Source: an uncultured Acidimicrobiaceae bacterium (GTDB lineage Bacteria; Actinomycetota; Acidimicrobiia; Acidimicrobiales; RAAP-2). Taken from it: a stretch of DNA of 64,000 nt. The notes below the pieces were generated by a model. It searched no databases. It was not told where the DNA came from and saw nothing but the letters and a program-made list of their open reading frames with translations. Below, piece by piece: positions 57,935 through 64,000 of this stretch (position 1 is the stretch's first letter; every line of letters starts with the position of its first letter). The stretch is taken from contig CAVSAJ010000004.1 of the NCBI GenBank assembly GCA_963725895.1, positions 117,244-181,243 on the forward strand. Reading direction: 5' to 3'. The translations under genes were made by a program, and so were the position numbers.

Positions 57935-59887
57935 ATGCAGCCCGTCGAGAACCCGCGCGTCTATTGCGGTCGCTACGAGCTGACCCATTTGATCGCGCGT
58001 GGCGGCATGGCGCAGGTGTACCGCGCCATGGATCGCCAGCTCGATCGGCCCGTCGCCCTCAAGGTCCTCTTCCCCGAACTGTCGGTGGATCGCACCTTCG
58101 TCGAGCGGTTCCGGCGCGAGGCACAAGCGGCAGCCAACCTGTCCCACCCGAACATCGTCCCCGTGTTCGACTGGGGCGAGGACGACGGGGCGTACTTCAT
58201 CGTGATGGAGTTTGTGGACGGTCGCCCGCTCTCGGCCGTGCTGCGCGACCCCGAGCCGATGCCGCCGCGCCAGACCGCCATGATCGGCGCCGGCGTCGCC
58301 GCGGCACTTGCCTTCGCGCATCGCCACGGCGTGATTCACCGCGACGTGAAGCCTGGCAACGTCCTCATCACGCCCGACGGCGACGTGAAGGTCACCGACT
58401 TCGGCATCGCCCGCGCCGTCAACACCGAGGAGAGCCTCACCCAGACCGGCGCGGTCATGGGCACCGCGGCCTACTTCTCACCTGAGCAGGCCGAAGGCAA
58501 GGGTGTCGACGCGCGAAGCGATATCTATTCGCTCGGTGTCGTGCTCTACGAGATGGCCGTCGGCCGGCCTCCGTTCACCGGCGACTCGCCCGTGGCCGTC
58601 GCCTCCAAGCACGTGCGCGACCACCCGGTTTTGCCCCGGGTCGCCAATCCCGCCGTCCCGCCGGCACTCGAGGCCGTCGTGATGAAGGCGATGGCAAAGG
58701 ACCCCGCCGAGCGGTACGGATCGGCCGAGGAGCTGCGGGCGGACCTGCTCCGGTTCGCCGACGGCCGCCCCGTCGAGGCGAACGACCCGGGTGCCACCTC
58801 GGTCATTGCGGCCGTGGGGGCGACCCAGGCCATCCCGGCCATGACGGGCCAGACCCAGGTGATCGGTGGACCGACGCCGACGAGCCGCGAGGACGAAGAG
58901 CGCAAGAAGCGGACGCGCCGGCTGGTGGTGATCTTGGTGATCCTCCTCGTCGCCCTGGCCATCATCGCCTTCTTCTTGCTCCGGTCGGTGTTCGGCGGCA
59001 ACGTCACCGTTCCGGACGTGGCCGGCCAGACCACGAGCGAAGCAACGCAGACGCTGCGGAACGACAACCTGACGGTCGGCACGATCAGGACGGTGGTGTC
59101 GAGCACCGTCACGAGCGGCGTGGTCATCTCCACCGACCCCACGGCGGGTGCGTCGGCGTCGAAGAATTCCGCGGTCGATCTCGACGTGAGCGCCGGGCCG
59201 GCCGTCGCCGTCCCGTCGGTGGTCGGCCAGCAGCTGACCCAGGCCGAGCAGCTCCTCACGGCGGCTGGACTGAATTACGTCCCGCACTTCTTGTCGAGCA
59301 ACAAGCCGGTCGGGACCGTTCTGGACCAGAACCCCGGTCACGGGACGAAGGTGAAGTCCGGCACGAAGGTGGTCTTGACCGTCTCTGGCACCCAGACCTC
59401 GGTCACGGTGCCCAGCGTGCTCGGGCAGAGCCCGGCGTCGGCCGGCTCGACGCTTCGCGGTGCCGGCCTGAACGTGGGTACCCAGACGAGCGGGTGCTCG
59501 GGCCAGTACGGAAACGGGGTGGTGTCCTCGCAGAACCCCGCGCCCAACGCCACCGCACAGCCCAACCAAGCCGTGAACCTCGTGATCTCCAACTGCATCA
59601 CGGTGCCAGGCGTGATCGGTCAGACGGTGAGCGGGGCCCAGTCGGCCATCAGTGGGGCCGGTCTGGTCGCCAACACGACCACGGACACCACCTGTGCGAA
59701 CGGGGCAACGGCCGGCACGGTCGACAACCAGAGCCCGGGTTCGGGCGCATTGGTGGGCGGCGGGAGCACGGTGAACATCTCGGTCTGCCAGCCGGCCACG
59801 ACGACCTCGAGCTCCTCGACGACCACGACGTCGACGACACCGTCGTCCACCTCGTCGACCACGAGCACCCTGCCGCACGGCCCCTAG
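57935..59887 (+). CDS. pknB: Ser/Thr protein kinase PknB with four PASTA repeats
   Basis: GRYELTHLIARGGMAQVYRA, ALKVL, HRDVKPGNVLI, DFGIA and YFSPEQ. One TM, then repeated VPDVAGQT / VPSVVGQQ / VPSVLGQS / VPGVIGQT PASTA starts. Confidence 0.95.
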   Translation: MQPVENPRVYCGRYELTHLIARGGMAQVYRAMDRQLDRPVALKVLFPELSVDRTFVERFRREAQAAANLSHPNIVPVFDWGEDDGAYFIVMEFVDGRPLSAVLRDPEPMPPRQTAMIGAGVAAALAFAHRHGVIHRDVKPGNVLITPDGDVKVTDFGIARAVNTEESLTQTGAVMGTAAYFSPEQAEGKGVDARSDIYSLGVVLYEMAVGRPPFTGDSPVAVASKHVRDHPVLPRVANPAVPPALEAVVMKAMAKDPAERYGSAEELRADLLRFADGRPVEANDPGATSVIAAVGATQAIPAMTGQTQVIGGPTPTSREDEERKKRTRRLVVILVILLVALAIIAFFLLRSVFGGNVTVPDVAGQTTSEATQTLRNDNLTVGTIRTVVSSTVTSGVVISTDPTAGASASKNSAVDLDVSAGPAVAVPSVVGQQLTQAEQLLTAAGLNYVPHFLSSNKPVGTVLDQNPGHGTKVKSGTKVVLTVSGTQTSVTVPSVLGQSPASAGSTLRGAGLNVGTQTSGCSGQYGNGVVSSQNPAPNATAQPNQAVNLVISNCITVPGVIGQTVSGAQSAISGAGLVANTTTDTTCANGATAGTVDNQSPGSGALVGGGSTVNISVCQPATTTSSSSTTTTSTTPSSTSSTTSTLPHGP

Positions 59888-59900
59888 CCACCTAGCGGGC

Positions 59901-60509
59901 CTATGGGCGCACCGCTTCGGCGCCGGTCGTCACGGCCACCTGCTCGAGGAAGTTCGCGAGAAGCGCCGGGCCCGACGCGGTCAGGACGGACTCAGGGTGG
60001 AACTGCACCCCTTCGACCGCGAACGTGCGGTGGCGCAGGCCCATCACAACGCCGTCCGTCGAGGTGGCAGTGACCTCGAGCTCGTCTGGCACCGAGTCGG
60101 GTCGCACGACGAGCGAGTGGTAGCGCGTCGCGACGAAGGGGTTGGGGAGGCCGGCGAAGAGACCACGCCCGTCGTGATGGATCTCTGAGGTCTTGCCGTG
60201 CATGAGGTGGGGAGCCTCGACGATCTCGCACCCGAAGGCCTGGCCGACACACTGGTGGCCCAGACAGACGCCCAGGATGGGGATCTCGCCGGCGAGCTGG
60301 GCGATCGCCTCGAGGCTCACCCCGCCGTCCTCGGGCCGTCCCGGTCCTGGTGAGATCAGCACGGCGTCGGGCCGCTCGGTCCGGATGCCTCCCACGTCTA
60401 TGGCGTCGTTGCGGAACACCACTGGATCGGCACCGAGCTCGCCCAACTCCTGGACCAGGTTGTAGACGAACGAGTCGTAGTTGTCGACGACGAGCACCCG
60501 CGGCCCCAT
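59901..60509 (-). CDS. trpG: Glutamine amidotransferase component II of anthranilate / aminodeoxychorismate synthase
   Basis: VLVVDNYDSFVYNLVQ, ISPGPGRP, GVCLGHQ (catalytic Cys) and VQFHPES. The start is taken at the internal ATG 60509. Confidence 0.85.
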   Translation of the reverse strand: MGPRVLVVDNYDSFVYNLVQELGELGADPVVFRNDAIDVGGIRTERPDAVLISPGPGRPEDGGVSLEAIAQLAGEIPILGVCLGHQCVGQAFGCEIVEAPHLMHGKTSEIHHDGRGLFAGLPNPFVATRYHSLVVRPDSVPDELEVTATSTDGVVMGLRHRTFAVEGVQFHPESVLTASGPALLANFLEQVAVTTGAEAVRP

Positions 60510-60545
60510 GGACGCGCCATCGTACCGGCCCCATCCGCGCCGCCC

Positions 60546-60606
60546 GGTCGCCTCCGGGCGACTCCCGGCGACTCCCGGCGACTCCCGGCGACTTCGGGCG
60601 ACTCGC
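60546..60606. repeat. Six tandem 10-bp units (consensus GGCGACTCCC) in the divergent trpG / crgA spacer
   Basis: GGTCGCCTCC GGGCGACTCCC GGCGACTCCC GGCGACTCCC GGCGACTTCG GGCGACTCGC seen directly; three central units are identical. Confidence 0.75.
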
Positions 60607-60630
60607 TCCTTCTGACTAACCTCTGACCCC

Positions 60631-60951
60631 GTGGCAACGAGCACCAAGGGCAAAGGCCCAGGCGGCGCCTCCCGCAAGGGAAAGTCGGCCACGGGCCGCG
60701 CGGCGAAAGTCGGCCGGTACAAGACCCCCGAGGAGAGCGGCCGCTACACGGCGCCGATCCCCAAGAGCGTGCGCCATAGCCCGCCATGGTTCGGCGCGCT
60801 CATCTTGGTATTGCTCATCGGGGGAGTGGCGATCATCACGCTCAACTACCTCGCCCGCTTGCCTTTCATGGCCCACGGCTCACCGTGGGGCCTCGTGATC
60901 GGCCTCGTGATGATCTTCGTGGGCTTCCTCGCCGCCACGCGCTACCACTGA
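60631..60951 (+). CDS. crgA: Cell division protein CrgA
   Basis: Basic N-terminus, SGRYTAPIPKSVRHSPPWFGALILVLLIGGVAIITLNY...WGLVIGLVMIFVGFLAATRYH; two TMs, 106 aa, and a conserved position near pknB/trpG. Confidence 0.85.
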   Translation: MATSTKGKGPGGASRKGKSATGRAAKVGRYKTPEESGRYTAPIPKSVRHSPPWFGALILVLLIGGVAIITLNYLARLPFMAHGSPWGLVIGLVMIFVGFLAATRYH

Positions 60952-61015
60952 CGGGTGCCCGCGCGCCCGCGCCCCCCGTCCCGAGTACGGGCATTGCCCG
61001 CGGCGGCGCAGGTGG

Positions 61016-62191
61016 TCAGCCCAAGCGCTCGATGATGGCGGCGTTGGCCAGCCCGCCGCCCTCGCACATGGTGAGCAGCCCATAGCGGCCGTCGGTGCGC
61101 TCCAGCTCGTTGAGGAGCGTGGCCGCCAGCTTGCAGCCTGAGGCGCCGAGTGGGTGTCCGAGGGCGATGGCGCCGCCGTTGGGGTTGACGATCTCCATGT
61201 TGGGGTGGTGCTCCTTCTCCCAGGCCAACACCACGGATGCGAACGCCTCGTTGATCTCGATGGCGTCGATGTCGTCGAGGGTGAGCTTGGCCCGCTCCAG
61301 GACCTTGGTGGTGGCGGGGATGGGGCCGGTGAGCATCGTCACGGGATCGACACCGGCGAGGGCGAAGGCGTGGAAGCGGGCACGGGGGCGCAGGCCCAGC
61401 GCGTTCGCTTTTTCCTCGCTCATCACGAGCACAGCCGAGGCGCCGTCGGTGATCTGCGAGGAGTTGCCCGCCGTGACCTTTCCGTCCTCTTTGAAGGCGG
61501 GCTTGAGGTTGGCGAGCGCCTCGAGGGTCGAGTCGGGGCGGATGCCTTCGTCGCTCGCGAAGATCTCCTCGGTGTCGTTGCCCTCGTCGTCACGGACGGC
61601 CACGGGCACGATCTCGTTCTCGAAACGGCCCTCGGCCGTGGCGCGGGCCGCTCGCTGGTGGCTCCGCACCGAGAATGCGTCGAGTTCTTCGCGCGAGATG
61701 TCCCACTCGTCGGCGATCATCTCGGCGCCGATGCCCTGGCCTGGCAGGCCGGTCTCCGTGTAGCGCTTCATCATGCGCGGGCCAAAGGGGTAGCCGAGTT
61801 CCCGCACGACCGAGGAGCCCATAGGGGTGCGCGTCATCGACTCGACCCCGGCCGCGATGGCGACGTCGTAGGCGCCGGCCATCACGCCCTGAGCGGCGAA
61901 GTGGAGCGACTGCTGGGACGAGCCGCACTGGCGGTCGATCGTCGTCCCGGGCACCGACTCGGGCCACCCCGCAGCCAGCACGGCGTTGCGGCCGATATTG
62001 AGCGACTGCTCGGCCACCTGCATGACGCAGCCCATGATCACGTCGTCGATCTCGGCGGGATCCAGATTGTTGCGCTCGGCCACGGCCTTGAGGGCTTCGG
62101 AGGCCAGGTCGACGGCGTGCCAGTTCCGGAGCTTTCCGTTGCGCTTCCCGCCTGCGGTCCGGACGGCATCGACGATGACTGCGGTGGTCAT
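61016..62191 (-). CDS. Acetyl-CoA C-acyltransferase (thiolase)
   Basis: VIVDAVRTAGGKRNG, the active-site Cys region TIDRQCGSSQQS, NEAFASV, and GHPLGASGCKL...MCEGGGLANA. ATG 62191 has a GGGAGGAG RBS. Confidence 0.9.
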   Translation of the reverse strand: MTTAVIVDAVRTAGGKRNGKLRNWHAVDLASEALKAVAERNNLDPAEIDDVIMGCVMQVAEQSLNIGRNAVLAAGWPESVPGTTIDRQCGSSQQSLHFAAQGVMAGAYDVAIAAGVESMTRTPMGSSVVRELGYPFGPRMMKRYTETGLPGQGIGAEMIADEWDISREELDAFSVRSHQRAARATAEGRFENEIVPVAVRDDEGNDTEEIFASDEGIRPDSTLEALANLKPAFKEDGKVTAGNSSQITDGASAVLVMSEEKANALGLRPRARFHAFALAGVDPVTMLTGPIPATTKVLERAKLTLDDIDAIEINEAFASVVLAWEKEHHPNMEIVNPNGGAIALGHPLGASGCKLAATLLNELERTDGRYGLLTMCEGGGLANAAIIERLG

Positions 62192-62324
62192 GGTGCTCCT
62201 CCCATCCGGCGGGCGATCGGCGTCCGCCGGGCAGATCGGGGTGATTCTACCCGGCGTTGCGCACGGGCCATCTGGGTTGTCGGGACCCGGAGAGCCGCGG
62301 CCTGGCCGGTAGGGTCTGCGCCCG

Positions 62325-62789
62325 ATGGCACCCACCGGCAAGGACATGGACCGCTGGCTCGGTGACGGCGGCATGCCGATCATCGCGGTGGTCGGGGGCG
62401 CCTTCACCGGCTACGGAGTCGACGGCGAAGACCTCGGGTGGGTCGTCGGGACCTTCGAGCCCACCGACATGGCCTGCAACCCCCACGGGATCACCCAGGC
62501 CGGCGTCCACTCCCTGCTGCTCGACGCGTGCATGAACTTCGCCATCAACGCCGCCCTGCCCGGTAAGGCGCGCACCGCCGGCACGCTCGAGATGAAGACC
62601 GAGTGCATGCGCCCAGCCAGGAGGGGAGACACGTTCTCGTTGCGGGGCGACGTCGTGCGCCTGGGCAAACAGGTTGCCTATGGCGAGGGCTCCGTGCGGG
62701 CGGCGGGCGGCGCGTTGGTCAGCCGGGCCACCGGGACCTTTCTTCTGCATCGACCCGAGCCCGACCGAGCCGCCACACCCGCCGCCTGA
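62325..62789 (+). CDS. PaaI-type hotdog-fold thioesterase
   Basis: NPHGITQAGVHSLLLDACMNFAI...LEMKTECMRPARRGDTFSLRGDVVRLGKQVAYGEGSV fits the 4HBT/PaaI pattern. Confidence 0.7.
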   Translation: MAPTGKDMDRWLGDGGMPIIAVVGGAFTGYGVDGEDLGWVVGTFEPTDMACNPHGITQAGVHSLLLDACMNFAINAALPGKARTAGTLEMKTECMRPARRGDTFSLRGDVVRLGKQVAYGEGSVRAAGGALVSRATGTFLLHRPEPDRAATPAA

Positions 62790-63555
62790 CCCCTACCGCG
62801 TCCCGGTCGCGGGGCCGGGCTCGTGTCGCGTCTGTTGCGGGCCTGCGCCGGCCCCGTGCGCCGTGTGCTTCGCCTGCCGATCGATCGCCCGCCGGCTCGG
62901 CGTCTTCTTGGCGCCCGTCTTCCCCGTCCGGCTGTGCCCGCTTCCGAGCCCGCTCTACGCAGTCCTCATGGGCTACAAGGAGGCGCCGGTCCGCGAGGCC
63001 AGGGACCGTTTCGCGCCGATGGTGCGGATGCTCGTGTCGCAGTACGCGGCGGCCCATGCGCCCTGCCTCGCCGCGGCTGCCGGTGGCGCGCTGGACGCGG
63101 TGCTCCCGGTTCCATCGACGGCGCGGCCGAGCGGCGCACCCCTCGCCGGCGTCGAGGGCCTGGACCGTGCCGCGTGCGCGCACGTCCTCGCCACCTGGGT
63201 GCCCGGCGCACTGATCCGCGCGGCGGCGCCCGTCGGTCACATGCGGCCCGACGCCGGCGCCTTCACCGTGCCCTCGTCCCTCCGTCATCTCATCGATGGA
63301 CGACGCGTCCTGCTGCTCGACGACACCTACGTGAGCGGCGCCCGATCCCAGAGCGCCGCGGCCGCGCTGCGCCGTGCCGGTGCCCGTGCGGTGGTGATCG
63401 TCGCGCTGGGGCGTGTGCTGCGCCCGGACCGCTCGGCGCGCCATGCCGACTTCTTGGCTCGTCACCGCAGAACCGCGCCGATCGAACCGCTCGAGGCCGG
63501 CGGTCCGGTCGAGCCGTGCTGCCGCTGCGTTCAGACGCCGGCGCTGACCGAGTAG
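62674..63555 (+). CDS. ComF-like phosphoribosyltransferase-fold protein with N-terminal CxxC...CxxC; start unresolved
   Basis: CRVCCGPAPAPCAVCFAC, then the PRTase loop RVLLLDDTYVSGARSQSAAAALRRAGA. There is no ATG/GTG/TTG in frame between 62680 and 62863, so the gene either overlaps paaI by ~110 nt or uses a non-canonical start. Confidence 0.55.
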   Translation: MPMARAPCGRRAARWSAGPPGPFFCIDPSPTEPPHPPPDPYRVPVAGPGSCRVCCGPAPAPCAVCFACRSIARRLGVFLAPVFPVRLCPLPSPLYAVLMGYKEAPVREARDRFAPMVRMLVSQYAAAHAPCLAAAAGGALDAVLPVPSTARPSGAPLAGVEGLDRAACAHVLATWVPGALIRAAAPVGHMRPDAGAFTVPSSLRHLIDGRRVLLLDDTYVSGARSQSAAAALRRAGARAVVIVALGRVLRPDRSARHADFLARHRRTAPIEPLEAGGPVEPCCRCVQTPALTE

Positions 63556-64000
63556 TGCACGCCCGTCAGCTCCTCCGACGCCGACCACAACGCGGCCGCG
63601 ACGGTCATGTCCCGGGCGCGACGGGAGGGCTGGTCGATGCGCGGCGGGCCGACGAGCCTGAAGAGCCGGGCCGGGCCCACGTACATGCCGGTCCGGACGG
63701 ACGAGGACGTGGCGGCACACAGCACGGGTAATGCACCGGCCGCCGCCGACTGGCCGAGCGTCGCTCCAGCGGTCCGGCCCAGCTTCCGGCGCACCCGGCT
63801 GGTTCCGAGCGCGACCCCGCTGCCCGCCAGGTTGCTCCGCGTCCACCCGGGGTGGGCCGCGACGGCGAGGGTGGGCAGGCCTTCCGCGGTCAGGCGCCTC
63901 GCGAGCTCAGCGGTGAACAGCAAATTGGCCAGCTTGCTGGAGCCATAGGTGACCCAGGTGTTGCGTGGCGTGACGCCGGCGACGTCATCGAGCTCGAGCC
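63531..64000 (-). CDS. Short-chain dehydrogenase/reductase, C-terminal part (5' end beyond the window)
   Basis: The frame is open to the window edge. YGSSKLANLLFTAELARRL carries the SDR YxxxK catalytic motif, followed by AAHPGWTRSNL. Confidence 0.75.
   Translation of the reverse strand, partial: LELDDVAGVTPRNTWVTYGSSKLANLLFTAELARRLTAEGLPTLAVAAHPGWTRSNLAGSGVALGTSRVRRKLGRTAGATLGQSAAAGALPVLCAATSSSVRTGMYVGPARLFRLVGPPRIDQPSRRARDMTVAAALWSASEELTGVHYSVSAGV

Overview
High-GC (roughly 70%) Actinomycetota chromosome segment centred on the replication origin. Gene order is largely collinear with the Mycobacterium tuberculosis origin neighbourhood (recalled from memory). The order is dnaB-rplI-rpsR-ssb-rpsF, panB, DUF5318/PadR/ino1, cca, Rv3909-like/murJ, trxB-trxA-cwlM, then parB-parA-rsmG-jag-yidC-yidD-rnpA-rpmH on the minus strand. 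It continues with dnaA-dnaN-recF-dciA-gyrB-gyrA, lepB, and later tRNA-Leu, fhaA-fhaB-pstP-pknB, trpG, crgA. Two parS sites and a DnaA-box cluster (oriC) between dnaA and dnaN are visible. Between gyrA and the fha operon lies a less conserved stretch. It holds a D-aminoacylase, an orphan coiled-coil protein, a long-form dCTP deaminase, a glycine-repeat membrane protein, an AKR, an acyl-CoA ligase and RNase D. It also holds a degenerate GGDEF protein, a divergent NarL-type regulator and GAF histidine kinase, and a catabolic block (MFS transporter, mmsA, amidohydrolase, two SnoaL-like proteins, LLM oxidoreductase). No CRISPR array, rRNA, transposase, integrase or recognisable defence system was found. 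The points most worth follow-up: (1) the glycine-repeat, periodic-Trp membrane-anchored protein at 39.4-40.4 kb and its 460-bp low-GC upstream gap. (2) At least 7 frameshifts confined to three adjacent catabolic genes (48.8-52.4 kb), plus one in cca. (3) An iteron-like non-coding block between cwlM and parB. (4) A perfect AT-rich palindrome at the PadR/DUF5318 promoter, with a 12-nt copy of its core in the rpmH-dnaA spacer. (5) A degenerate GGDEF protein with an intact I-site. (6) Several housekeeping proteins carrying long low-complexity extensions, notably S18. All functional calls rest on reading the translated ORFs and on remembered family signatures; no database search was run.
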